Positions 38,401 through 48,500 are shown, numbered from the stretch's first letter. The stretch: DNA of 64,000 nt from an uncultured Candidatus Poseidoniales archaeon (GCA_964389655.1 CAYMED010000006.1:29896-93895), one strand, 5' to 3'. Numbers and translations are program-made. The notes: generated from the sequence alone by a model not told the origin.

Positions 38401-40435
38401 TGACAGTACTCATTACATATTTCATGTTAAATGAAGCAATAGATACCTTTCCGGCAGATTGAGAACCAACTGAAAAAGGAATTGTAACTACTCCTGTTCC
38501 AGTCCCAGGTATTGCTTTGTTTAAAGCAGAAATTAGGGTACTACTCTTTGCTTGTACTGTCCCAACAAGATTTCCTGACCGAGACCAATCTTTGGTACCA
38601 TCATCCCCTATATCTATCGAGACATCGCTTGGGGCATTTGAATATAAAGCAACATGAAAATCGTCAAGAATTGGGGTTGCAACACCAGAAGTTCCGCTTC
38701 GCAATTCAAAACATATACGAAGTGTTGTTGATGCCCATGTTGAAAGATCATGGTATTGTCCATTCGAAAGAGGGGTTGATGGAGAATTTGTGGGACAAGC
38801 AAAACTGGTTGTCATGAAGGCCACTACGGTTGTACCGACGGGAGCCGTTGAATTCCAAAATACGCGAAGGCCTAGGGGTATGGGTTGCTGCCAATAATAT
38901 TGGTAGAACTCAAAGTAACCGCTGGAAGCATATTTTGAAGTAATTGAAAATTCAATTTCACCAAGTATGGGAGTCGTTGAAGTTGTTCCATTGAGAAATG
39001 CACGCCAGTCAAGCGTTGTCGAAGTCCCCCCATACTTGATTTTCCCCCCAATACTAAGGGCTTTCCAAGTCAGCCCACCGTCACTAGATATCTCGAGGTC
39101 TATGCTGTCCCCACTAGGAATAAACGTGTCAACATCGAGTAATTCAACTTCCTGAAGCGGGCCACCTGTTGAAATCTGTGTACCACGAACTATGCTCTGA
39201 GTTTTTGAATATGGATTGTGCCAATTGAATGGGGTACTCGATCCTTCAAACCTTACTTGATACCCATATGTAGCGTAATTTGGTGCCCAAGATAGAAGAC
39301 CATCAGATTGGTGAACCAAACCATAGTGCCCATACGAAACCTGGTTTCTAGTGCCTTGTGATACCAATAATCCATTTACAGTGAATGGATAATGATATGA
39401 TGCAGATGTATGGTAGTATGTGGCTATTTGGAACCGAGGTAACTGTACCATCAATCCCGCAACAGTGCCCATGAAAGACGTTCGGTATCCAACTGCAAAA
39501 GAGGTATTAGAAGACGTTAATGATGTGCGATCAACCTCATACAAATAGAGATAGTTTGACGAATCTGAAGTCAAAACCCAAAGTAGATCTGTACTAGGGT
39601 CGACTGCAATGCCATGAGGGCGCCCTAGAACTGAGTTTATCGAAGTACTGCTTGAACATGTCCACTTGGTCTCTGACACATTCCAATGTGCAATGCGCGA
39701 GTTTGAATACGAAATCGTCCAAACGCTTCCATCGCCATCAATTGCAGCATCATACATTCCAGCAAGGTCATTCATTGAGCAAGAATTGGTCGAAAGAGTG
39801 ACTGATGAAGAACCACCAGTAGAGGCATTGTAATATCGTACACTTCCGGTCGATCCAACATTTTGGATAATGAACCACCCCGATCCAAATTTGACTGACG
39901 GGCCTGCCGACGACCACCCGGTTGATTTTGTGAATTGCTGAGGCGAAATGGATTTTGAGCGGGGAATTATATCGACAACCCCGTTTGCTAAATATCCTGT
40001 TGTTGAGTTGTGATATGCGGTGGTGGATGCAGAATTAATATCTAAATTTCCAATGAAATCAAGTGAATTTGTCGTTGGTTGAATCACTAACTTTGCATCA
40101 TTATTTGCAATATCCAAACGCTCACGCCTTGCATAAAACCCATTCAAATTCCATGATGTGCTGGTGGATCCCACACCTCCAAAATCCTGATTTGCAGTTC
40201 CATTAAGCCATTGAGTTGTTGAGGCCTCTCCTGTAAGATTGAATTCGGCATCTGTTATTAATGCCCCAATTGGTAATGTTACTCCAGGAGTAGACGCACC
40301 TCCTGCTGCCGTGTAAATGTGAGACCAAGTTGAATTCCCATCATCGAATTTTGTTTCAGAAGTAGCGGCATGCGCAAATGGAAGAAAAATCATGGCCAGC
40401 ATCAACCCAGTGAGGGTAATTGATATGCGCGCCAC
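35429..40435 (-). CDS. Giant surface protein (propeller-like, Ig-like and CARDB domains; C-terminal TM with acidic tail)
   Basis: 1668 aa; signal peptide; Asp-box SSDGGLTWK; CARDB-like LTNRGG..LIDSQNDIPEVNE; TM followed by DEEDFFDEDSEEE. Confidence 0.88.
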   Translation of the reverse strand: MARISITLTGLMLAMIFLPFAHAATSETKFDDGNSTWSHIYTAAGGASTPGVTLPIGALITDAEFNLTGEASTTQWLNGTANQDFGGVGSTSTSWNLNGFYARRERLDIANNDAKLVIQPTTNSLDFIGNLDINSASTTAYHNSTTGYLANGVVDIIPRSKSISPQQFTKSTGWSSAGPSVKFGSGWFIIQNVGSTGSVRYYNASTGGSSSVTLSTNSCSMNDLAGMYDAAIDGDGSVWTISYSNSRIAHWNVSETKWTCSSSTSINSVLGRPHGIAVDPSTDLLWVLTSDSSNYLYLYEVDRTSLTSSNTSFAVGYRTSFMGTVAGLMVQLPRFQIATYYHTSASYHYPFTVNGLLVSQGTRNQVSYGHYGLVHQSDGLLSWAPNYATYGYQVRFEGSSTPFNWHNPYSKTQSIVRGTQISTGGPLQEVELLDVDTFIPSGDSIDLEISSDGGLTWKALSIGGKIKYGGTSTTLDWRAFLNGTTSTTPILGEIEFSITSKYASSGYFEFYQYYWQQPIPLGLRVFWNSTAPVGTTVVAFMTTSFACPTNSPSTPLSNGQYHDLSTWASTTLRICFELRSGTSGVATPILDDFHVALYSNAPSDVSIDIGDDGTKDWSRSGNLVGTVQAKSSTLISALNKAIPGTGTGVVTIPFSVGSQSAGKVSIASFNMKYVMSTVNLDINVPSNETLHAREQPYIVTSRHVIGEDATGGIVEADLRFIANPLPDSPKLKWSSPSSFTEYEDGQDWIEVVPDQSSTEEIGGILEIHWAFRVKQSFPQQSGIAFAVACEDSIGRIPAELSSGPTSLSVNHSYGISDVKVIDDSGLVQRENVLDGEWVMAGETIHFAGDVAFYGTNDAPLDAVYDVQVALNGIADPSWRDRSNYGGSFFISVEMPKQDVPGGIDLSVMTYNEQDPRWILPPTPQHSRTLLIDATPPSVIYSSPSQNDYVEARSDQTIEHVILDSVGDPNQLKLEYWVESVHDINRNGISEENEFINKTMVNSTSAEKKVFETIIDDSRNPNNARVVYRIVGTDQAGNPIIDSPLVTYRSRQDSPTVVLGLEWLECMVPDQISMLTCSKDGWLPHVDGEALHSGIEQSVRVTLVDANGLRDFREIGLTFDFEGPDPERDAQQIAFSGVNQTFWSESSVIRLLQSSTINLATNESGLPLITVDFRFEFGWDWPDEDLGDLSLTIHELGSIQPRVMIWEDHTFSVENDLVFSAVDHLVEDVSTPRIGPVKDGDRIRTDDRLRFRGRVLYQGTSIAPPIGLGIRVSIFDGEQNWLDSSLDLDGTFLVEVPLDASESQAGAPIRTFISRISGIPKNGEDMTGGLVATTLRLEVDRSPPQVSHRIEPPPVLDVSNPSDLTAVPVRIMGWEDAPMIDASHNVHWIMRDGIFPVCAGLSPLSITQIDDELEWGGSIDLTECGVEKINSGNTIGIWVTGTDHAGNPFPSLQNTEADPIRLPLSLAGDNDPAWIKLGTRMDSDEKGGSAELAVVNLWIEDSVVSEGSEIEVRATLTNRGGQTNSTFQVDFSSGMTCTETERFSSRPIVNGLDSGEVIEISATWNAKEGHDRVFVLIDSQNDIPEVNEDVGDNSGCVTIDVAYARGFGWVDSARSSPLPIFAIVGMISVLFLVAIIANRTSPDDLTGYYHDEEDFFDEDSEEEVTESYQ

Positions 40436-40563
40436 AACTCACCCATAATGGAAGACGTTTTCAATAATCCGTGTCAATGTAACTCCAGTATATGCTAATT
40501 CATGGACAACCCTCAGCAGGGAAAGGATGAAGCGAGTGAGGTCGAGGCGAGAACGGCGTTGAT

Positions 40564-41064
40564 ATGGCTTCGGATGCAAACACGCAAGGCTGGGGCGTTC
40601 GTCGGGTGCTGGGAATTCCTTTTGCACCGTTTCGCGCAATCAACAGATGGTGGAAAGAAAATTTAGACTTACATTTGACAATTACGCGCACAACTGTTAT
40701 CGCGAGTTTGGGCCTTCTCGGATGGGCCTTGTATTTTTTTATCATCGCTCAAGGATATAACACAGAGACGGGAGATGGGACAGATACACGAACTGCACTT
40801 TCATGGTTGGCACTAATAACTGGAGGAATTGGTTTGTTTTGGGGAGGACCTGAATTCTTTTTCTATAAACAAAATTGGGATATTCTATCAGGTGCGCTTG
40901 AAATTGAAGAAGTGGCTGAATTAAGACAAATCCGAACAGATGTTCAAGAAGCAGCAAAAAATTTGGGCCCAAGATACGAAAAAGTATTCAATGATCATCT
41001 TGAAGCAACTGGCGTTACCCCAAAAAAAGGTCGAAGGTCGAAAACTACTTCGAAAACAGAATGA
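40564..41064 (+). CDS. Two-TM membrane protein (DUF3198-like)
   Basis: Two TM helices followed by a helical cytoplasmic tail; abuts the signal peptidase gene. Confidence 0.75.
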   Translation: MASDANTQGWGVRRVLGIPFAPFRAINRWWKENLDLHLTITRTTVIASLGLLGWALYFFIIAQGYNTETGDGTDTRTALSWLALITGGIGLFWGGPEFFFYKQNWDILSGALEIEEVAELRQIRTDVQEAAKNLGPRYEKVFNDHLEATGVTPKKGRRSKTTSKTE

Positions 41065-42018
41065 TTGGGATCAAGGATGCTTGCACTGCGTGAAATCGCC
41101 AAAGAAGTGCTTGCTGCTGGTTTGTTAATCGCATTGGTTGTATCATCACTTTGGATTGCCACTGGATCAATGCCCCCTCTTGTTGTAGTTGAATCAAATT
41201 CGATGATGCATAATGAGCAAGGAGAGATTGGAGCGATTGATCCGGGTGACCTCATTCTTTTGCTAGATAAATCACGTCATGGGGAGATTATGACTTATGT
41301 AGAGGCATTAGAAAAGAATGATGGGGAAAAACATGGAAAATTTGGGGACGTTATTATTTACAAAAAAAATGGTCTTGATGGTACACCAATAATCCATCGC
41401 TCGATCTTGAAAGTTGTTGCACATACGGCTGTTAATCCAACTGAAGAGGGAGTCTGTGAAGACGGTGCTTTCGACGAACATGTTCAACGAAATGATGGAA
41501 CAAAGGGGGGATGTATTGTATCTTGGTCAGTGCCTGGCACCAATTTGAAAGGAGTATCAAATATTACCCTAGACCTGCCTGGGATCAAATGTATCCCCGA
41601 AGGCCATGTAACTGTTCAACAAGCAACTTTGAGAATTGAAAATTGGGTGCCAAAGCATGAAGGTTATCTCACGCTTGGAGATCACAATGGTTGTAGGGTT
41701 GATCAAAGAGGGGCAGCCATAGGTGCTGCGGGGTTGACTGACTCTGAAGGGAAGGGTGTTGAATCTGTTCGGGAAGAGTGGGTTGTAGGGGTGGCCGGAG
41801 GAGAGATCCCTTGGCTTGGATCTCTCAAACTTCTTACTCTTGATCAAGGCGAGGGTGCATCTCAAGTACCAAAATCATCATGGGTGAAACTTGCAATTTC
41901 AATTGCTTCCTTGATGTTACTTATGCAGGTGGATGGAATTGCCAACAGGTGGTTGAAAAAGTCTCCCGAAATTGACCAGGCTAAAATTGAATCAGATGCA
42001 TGGGGAGAAGAAGAATAA
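41065..42018 (+). CDS. Signal peptidase I, archaeal Sec11/S26B type
   Basis: PPLVVVESNSM (catalytic Ser), DPGDL, GDVIIY, PIIHR (His), TLGDHN, EIPWLG. Confidence 0.93.
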   Translation: MGSRMLALREIAKEVLAAGLLIALVVSSLWIATGSMPPLVVVESNSMMHNEQGEIGAIDPGDLILLLDKSRHGEIMTYVEALEKNDGEKHGKFGDVIIYKKNGLDGTPIIHRSILKVVAHTAVNPTEEGVCEDGAFDEHVQRNDGTKGGCIVSWSVPGTNLKGVSNITLDLPGIKCIPEGHVTVQQATLRIENWVPKHEGYLTLGDHNGCRVDQRGAAIGAAGLTDSEGKGVESVREEWVVGVAGGEIPWLGSLKLLTLDQGEGASQVPKSSWVKLAISIASLMLLMQVDGIANRWLKKSPEIDQAKIESDAWGEEE

Positions 42019-42023
42019 TTTAT

Positions 42024-43460
42024 TTACCCAACATATAATACAAAAATGGGCACGATCAACGAGATGGCAATTACTACACCTATCCATTTCACTCCACTTT
42101 TCACGATTCTTTCTGAACGAAGAGCGTGCCAATCCCACCATCCTGTTTTCTTCCCAATCCTGCGTAGGCGTTCGATAAAATCGTGTAAGCCATCTTTGAA
42201 CATGTGTCCACCATCAAAAGGTATCAATGGAATCAAATTGAACAGGCCAAGAACTAGGTTGGTCCATATCAGCCAAAATAATGCATGAATGGAGATGATA
42301 AGTGCTGTTGTGCCCATAAACGATAGTGGGCCTGAACCAGCCTGTAACATCTCTTCCTCTTGTGGAAGCAGTGCATGGCCATCATTGGCCCAAGGGTTGG
42401 GAGTCACTAGGATTGTGAGTGGTTGGGCTGAAAAAAGTGCCAGTCTTTGACCAAATGTTGCGTTTTCCATTGTGAAAGCATAAGCAAGCCGATCGACCCC
42501 CGCTGTTGGGTTCGATAAACCACTGACCCCAAGAAATGCGTCCCCTTCATGGATATCTAATGAGGATAATTCGTCATCAGATACACCATTCTCGAGGCTC
42601 CATTCATATCGATCAACCAATGTTGTTTTGATTGTATCTGATGAGCCATTACTTCGCTCAACCTGTAATATTATAGAATCCCCTGCACGCTTTTCGTGTA
42701 GAATACTTCGAAATGTGGAAAGATCAGGGGTTGAATTCTCATCAATTGCTATAATCAAGTCAAAGGGCTGCAAACCAGCTTCATGAGCGGGTTGATTTTC
42801 AATAACCCCTCGAGCATATACGCCTTCAACAGTTGGTTCAAGGCTAAGAGCAACCACACCGAGCAATATGATGCAAAGAAAGGCCATTTGCAAATTAATG
42901 CCCGGACCTGCCGCGAAAAGGCGCTGCCGTTCGCGCCTAGGGGCATGAATGAGTTCATTTGTTTCTGGTTCTGCAAACGCGCCGAGTGGAACTGGGCCAA
43001 GCATTAACAAACCAAATGACCGTATGCGCATACCATGTGCCCTAGCTTGAATCCCATGGGCAAATTCATGCATGACTAGGGCCACAATAAATGCCAACAG
43101 ACCCCATCCTAGCGGAATCAGTGGATTAAGACCTGGTAAAGCTACTAGAGTTAGGGGGTTAGGAGATTCAAGAACGGGGGGTTGCGTGATGCTAGCATAC
43201 AAAGATAAGAGGAGAAGGGCCACAATAAATAGTGAAGCAAAGCGGCACATCCACAGACAAACTTCTCCCCATAATTGCCAAAAGCGGCGGGGTCTGGATA
43301 TTTTTTCTAACAAGCCAAGACCACGGTGACTTCGGAGCATGATAATTGCCCCAAGAACGCGTGTCGCATTCCAGCGGTCTAAACGACCTGTACGCTGAAA
43401 ATATATGATTAAAAATAACCACGCGCTGAACAATGCGAGAGCAATAAGAAGTGCACTCAC
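42024..43460 (-). CDS. Site-2 protease (M50) with PDZ domain
   Basis: HEFAH, GAFAEP, AAGP..N, PDZ-like PAHEAGLQPFDLIIAID, NLIPLIPFDGG; probable GTG start at 43460. Confidence 0.95.
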   Translation of the reverse strand: MSALLIALALFSAWLFLIIYFQRTGRLDRWNATRVLGAIIMLRSHRGLGLLEKISRPRRFWQLWGEVCLWMCRFASLFIVALLLLSLYASITQPPVLESPNPLTLVALPGLNPLIPLGWGLLAFIVALVMHEFAHGIQARAHGMRIRSFGLLMLGPVPLGAFAEPETNELIHAPRRERQRLFAAGPGINLQMAFLCIILLGVVALSLEPTVEGVYARGVIENQPAHEAGLQPFDLIIAIDENSTPDLSTFRSILHEKRAGDSIILQVERSNGSSDTIKTTLVDRYEWSLENGVSDDELSSLDIHEGDAFLGVSGLSNPTAGVDRLAYAFTMENATFGQRLALFSAQPLTILVTPNPWANDGHALLPQEEEMLQAGSGPLSFMGTTALIISIHALFWLIWTNLVLGLFNLIPLIPFDGGHMFKDGLHDFIERLRRIGKKTGWWDWHALRSERIVKSGVKWIGVVIAISLIVPIFVLYVG

Positions 43461-43513
43461 GGACACTCGGTAGAGGCACAGGATTTGAACGTCTGTACCC
43501 ATTCACCTTGCTG

Positions 43514-44047
43514 ATGAAGGGTGGAGGGGTTGATCCTGATGACCTAATTCATTGGGCTAGAAGAGCAATTGGCCGGCATCCTGAAGAAGTTCTAATTTGG
43601 AATCAGTTCGACAACACAATTGAAGCTATTCTCCGCCTTCCGAGAGGTGTGTTACTCATCACAATATGCGATTTAGATTCATCCGACGAACGTATTGAAG
43701 AAGAACTAAGTCTCGAAATTCCGATATGGGATTCACAATTATTGGAAGTTGGTGGGGAAGCAAGTGGGATCACATCTATTCGATTTGGCGTCGAGCGTAT
43801 TATTTGGAGTCGCCCGGAAGAAGAAATTCTAGATTTGGAAATGATGATTTTAACTTGGATGGAACTTGCATGCAGAAATGAGGGAATCAAAGCACCAACA
43901 AAAAAGATATCCCACGTGCGCCAAGACATAGAAACGATTGGGAGGTGGCTTGATCAAGCAGGTTTTGAGCAGACATTAGAGGAGATTAAGGAACTGAAGG
44001 AAAAGATGAAATTTGTTGAAACTGGATTGGGGAACAAGGAGCACTAA
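43514..44047 (+). CDS. Hypothetical protein
   Basis: Uninterrupted ORF filling the gap between the S2P gene and hjc, with a coiled C-terminus; start uncertain. Confidence 0.65.
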   Translation: MKGGGVDPDDLIHWARRAIGRHPEEVLIWNQFDNTIEAILRLPRGVLLITICDLDSSDERIEEELSLEIPIWDSQLLEVGGEASGITSIRFGVERIIWSRPEEEILDLEMMILTWMELACRNEGIKAPTKKISHVRQDIETIGRWLDQAGFEQTLEEIKELKEKMKFVETGLGNKEH

Positions 44048-44565
44048 AGTGTGCGGTCAGCACATACTAAGCCAATAAATTGGTGAAGGGGCATACCTTT
44101 GTTCCAGTCCAGATAAGGATTTCCACGCCCTGTAAGTGGGAGGACGGGGATACGGCGTGCTAGAGTTCGCAAACGCCCAGTGAAACTATTGGAGTCGATT
44201 CTAAACATCCTCCATGAATCACCCCGCACCCCTTTAAGGCGGAAAGCGTATAGCCCAACAATACCACACCGATCTGCATGTGAAAGCATAGCGTCGAGTT
44301 GTTCCTTGGTACGGCCACTGAGATAGATCAACTCATTCTTGCTCGATTTTACCTCAATAGGGAAGGAGAGATCCCCCCTAATTGCTAAAATATCGCCCAC
44401 ACCCGCAGCACCACTTCCCGCCGCTCTAATAACCAAAAATGGGCGCTCAATGACACGGAGGGCCATTGACCTCTCAACCGCTGAGCAACTCCGTGTAACT
44501 ACGCGAACACCTTCGGGGTCACCTGAGAGAACACTGCGCAACTCCCTTTCCCATTGCTGCCCCAT
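44044..44565 (-). CDS. hjc: Holliday junction resolvase Hjc
   Basis: G..WEREL..L, RAAGSG, GDILA, PIEVKS (PD-(D/E)xK nuclease). Confidence 0.9.
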   Translation of the reverse strand: MGQQWERELRSVLSGDPEGVRVVTRSCSAVERSMALRVIERPFLVIRAAGSGAAGVGDILAIRGDLSFPIEVKSSKNELIYLSGRTKEQLDAMLSHADRCGIVGLYAFRLKGVRGDSWRMFRIDSNSFTGRLRTLARRIPVLPLTGRGNPYLDWNKGMPLHQFIGLVCADRTL

Positions 44566-44608
44566 GATTTGACGAGATTGGGGGGGGTGATGACTTTGTG
44601 GGAGAAAT

Positions 44609-44635
44609 ATTGCTTATTACTATCAATTGCTTATT
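44609..44635. repeat. 10-bp direct repeat ATTGCTTATT x2 (17-bp period)
   Basis: Exact copies at 44609-44618 and 44626-44635 in the hjc/tRNA divergent intergenic region. Confidence 0.6.
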
Positions 44636-44659
44636 CGGTCTAGATCATTGAGATGGTCA

Positions 44660-44670
44660 TGATTATAGCA
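44660..44670 (+). promoter_or_regulatory. Putative TATA box of the tRNA-Gly gene
   Basis: TTATAG at 44663-44668, 24-29 nt upstream of the mature tRNA 5' end. Confidence 0.5.
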
Positions 44671-44691
44671 ATCAGGACAACCGCCCTAGCA

Positions 44692-44763
44692 GCGGACATG
44701 GTCTAGGGGTTATGACAGTAGGTTCCCAACCTGCCGACCCGGGTTCAATTCCCGGTGTTCGCA
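44692..44763 (+). tRNA. tRNA-Gly (anticodon CCC), no intron, CCA not encoded
   Basis: Acceptor GCGGACA/TGTTCGC, anticodon arm GTAGG-TTCCCAA-CCTGC, T arm CCGGG-TTCAATT-CCCGG, discriminator A. Confidence 0.96.
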
Positions 44764-44768
44764 TTAGA

Positions 44769-45338
44769 TCAATGCACGTGATTTCCAGGGAATTGATCTT
44801 CTTCTTCGCGGTAAATTGTTCTCATATTGCTGATGAAATTTTGATCCTTGACCCATAGGTCCCATCTCTCAAAATCATCAGGTGCATCTCGGTCAAGCCA
44901 CCCCATGATGATCTCAAACGTCATTCGAGCACCTTCCCGATGGGGATATGAAAACACACCCATGGAAAGTGGGGGAGAACAAACTGTTTTTGCACCTAAT
45001 CTCTTAATTTCGGCGAAAAGTGCCTCGTATGCAGTTGGCAGTAGATCTCTTCGTATCTCATCCTGACTGGGCCTGCGACAGTCTGGACCCACAACATGTA
45101 TGACATGGTCCGCCCTTAACTCAAACGCATCAGTTACACAAGCTTCTCCAACCAAGCACGGGGGAAGATTGAGTTTGCGGCGTTCTGCTGCAATTTCCTG
45201 ACATGCTTTCATCAGTTCAGGGCCAGCAACATCATGGATTCGGGCGTCGACGCCTTCACGACCGCTTAGCCGATTATTAGCCGGAGCGACAATCACTTCA
45301 GCTTCTGTTGTGGCAACATCGCCAATATAGACCCGCAT
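44769..45338 (-). CDS. Macro domain protein (MacroD/YmdB-like ADP-ribose binding/hydrolase)
   Basis: GDVA..EAEVIVAPAN.RL...GVDARIH.VAG, GEACVTDA..L.A.HVIHVVGP, PPLSMGVFSYP; start ATG 45338. Confidence 0.9.
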   Translation of the reverse strand: MRVYIGDVATTEAEVIVAPANNRLSGREGVDARIHDVAGPELMKACQEIAAERRKLNLPPCLVGEACVTDAFELRADHVIHVVGPDCRRPSQDEIRRDLLPTAYEALFAEIKRLGAKTVCSPPLSMGVFSYPHREGARMTFEIIMGWLDRDAPDDFERWDLWVKDQNFISNMRTIYREEEDQFPGNHVH

Positions 45339-45504
45339 GGTGCCTTTTCGGCATTCTCGGACTGCCAATGGTTCGCTCAACAGCGCACGGCGAGCGGTCA
45401 CCCCCTCATATCGGATTCGGATCAATGATCAGAAAATACCCAGCCTACTCTGCATCGAACAGAGGTGGGAGAAGTTCATGCAGGAATCTTATCTCAGAGG
45501 TATC

Positions 45505-48500
45505 ATGGAGTGTGGTCAACCAAAGCGGAGGGTACTGCTTCTGCTACTGTTATTCATCGTAATTCCTAGTCAAACCTCTGCTTCAGACTTACAAGAAAGT
45601 AATGAGCAAGGTCATGGACAAGATTACTGGAACTTAACTTCTGAACCAGTACTGGGAGAAAGCCAGATGCAGTCAAATCTTGTTAACTACAGTGATGTTG
45701 CAATATTGGTCAATAATCAATCCCCCACCAGTCGGGAAATTGCGGCTGCATTTATCACTGCTAGAAATATCAGTTCAGACCGAGTATTCAGATTTACTGC
45801 ACTAGAAACACCATCTTCTGAGACAATCTCATTGGGGCAGTTTGAGACATATTACCTTGAACCATTGGAACAAATGCTAGGTGATCGAAATTTGACAATG
45901 GAAATCAACTATTTAGTTACAACCAAAGGCATACCACTTCGCGTTAATGGGGGTACGAATGCCCGTTCATCATTTGACAGTGAAATTGGATTAGCAGGAA
46001 CATCTTGGCGGACTGCAATCGGGCAAGATTACTGGATTGACCACAATTATGGCCCTTTAGCCGGGGAGGAATGGAAACCATTCACTAGAGCAGAACAAGG
46101 ATTTTATCTCGTGAGTAGATTAACTGCATATGATCGCGAGACTGCAATGGCACTAATCGACAAGGCCAGCAATAGTTTAGGGCAGCGAGGAACTGCAGTA
46201 CTTGATCTAGCAACGAACCGTAATGACTCGGGCTATAAATCATGGAACGATATGCTATATGCTGCTGATAATGCTCTTTCGAGCGAGCACGGAATACCTG
46301 TCTTTTTCAACCAAAATGAGACGTTTGAAACGAACCATTCCGATGTAATGATGTACGCATCTTGGGGATCAAATGATGGTGCTTGGAACAAGAATTGGCT
46401 TCCAAATTCTGGGTTTGACATAATAGATGCGGGATACAGCAGTGGGGTAAAATATTGGAATGCTTCATCCCCCCCCATCTCCCTTAACGAATCTTTCAAA
46501 TGGGCACATCAAGACACGAAGAAGTACAACGGAAATGGAGCAATGGAGGCCTCATTATCAGCATCATGTTCTCAAAAGAGGGGGATTGGAACACAAGGTA
46601 TCCTTGCAGAGTACTTCGATAATGAAGGGCTCATTTTTAACACAGGTTCAATGCCGTCATTGATTGAACGCGCTCCAGACTATGTACGTCTTGAGAGTGA
46701 TTTGGCTTATGGATCCAGTAGTTCATCCTACCCGGGATTGGATGACCGCTTCAAGAACGACTGGGGTGGGCGGTTTAGTGGCCTCATCAACATCCCTGAA
46801 AGCGGAAATTGGACGTTCTATCTGCGCACAGATGATGGTTCAGAACTTTGGGTTGATGACTTGAGTATTGTAACCAATTATGGATCTCATGGGATGGTTG
46901 AGAAAACAGGGTCCATTTCACTTAATGCCGGACTTCATGATTTCCGCATAGAATTTTTTCAAGGGGGGGGTCCACATGGATTGCAATTCTCATGGGAAGG
47001 CCCAAACCATCCCAAGACCTATGTCCCGAGTTCTGCATTCTATGTTTCTGGCGATTATATCCCTTCAAAGGATACATTGCGACATCGCTGGTCATTTGAA
47101 GACGGAGGGGGTTCGGAGGCAAATGATTCAAGTTCGAATAATGCAAGCCTCATACTCAAAAATATGGACACTAGCAATTGGAAAAATTGTGTTGACGGAG
47201 GTTGTTTGTGGTTTGATGGTACCAATGATTATGCTGAAGTTGAGATCGATGACTGGACAGGAAACTTCACTGTGAGTCAGTGGGTATGGGCAAATGCATC
47301 AATCCAACCGGACTATGCTAGTACATTCGCTAGCTCAAACAATGCCGGCTCCAACACTTCGTTTCAGCATGCTATTTATGGTGGCGAATGGCAACTACAA
47401 AATCACCACTCAGGGGGTTTTGGAATGGTCCAACCTGAGCAGTGGGTGCACCTTGTCACTGTATTTAATCAGGGAACTGTGCACCAATATCTTGATGGGA
47501 TTAGGGTAAATACAACTACATACCCCACGAACTCATTCAATACCTTTGAGTTGTATAAAATTGGAGTTAATCGAGGTGGTTCGGTTCATTTTGAGGGAAT
47601 GATCGATGAAGTAATTGTTTGGGAGAGTGCATTAAGTGCTGGAGAAGTAACTGCATTGCATCGCGCCATCTACAAGGAATGTTTTTCCTATTCAACAAGT
47701 GGACAAAAAGTAGCATATATTGAGCAATTGTACCCTATTCCGGCTGATCTCAAAGACCATGTTTGGGTCACTTATGCGCATGGGGCTAGGGAGGGCGCCA
47801 TATATGGTTCATTCACAATTGAGGTTAAAGGATTAGATCAGTATGGTAATATTATTTCAACTAATGAATCATCTAAGCGTACACTTAAGGAATCGTGGGG
47901 TACTTCAGTAATGCGCTTTCGGCCACATGAAAATGCCGTGAACCTTCGTATCCGGGTCCATCTTGATATTGCCCCTAATTCGATAAATGGTTCATATTTT
48001 ATTGATAATGTCGTACTTCGAGCAATCCAACCACACATGAATTGGGTGAACGGATCCATTGCAGAGACTGCAGTATCTACAGGTGGACGATCATTCGTTT
48101 GGGGGACAAGTTATGGGCAATCCCTCATTGCAGATCTACTAGAAGACGGGGTTAGTTCTGCAAAAGGATATGTGTATGAACCATATATTGGGGCAATCGG
48201 GCATCCAGATCAATTATTTTCTGCTTATTCAATGGGGCTTGGTGCTGCTGAATCTCATTATGCGGCAAACCGGATGTTGTCGTGGATGGGGACAGTCATT
48301 GGTGATCCAAAAATGGCACCCTATCTTGATCGAATTGAGGACCTTCGAATTATCGACGGAAGGAATCTCGATTACATAAGTACAGAAAGTGGCGGAATTG
48401 TAGAAATATTGATTGAAAATCATGGATTAGGGTCTTGGAAAGGAAATATTACGGTACTTGATAGAATTGAAAATCAGGTATTAGATTCCACGCAAGTCGA

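Noticed and set aside
45337-45504. N-terminal extension of the TIGR03790 ORF overlapping the macro domain ORF
   Set aside because: Both genes have better downstream starts (45505 with signal peptide; 45338), leaving a normal divergent promoter
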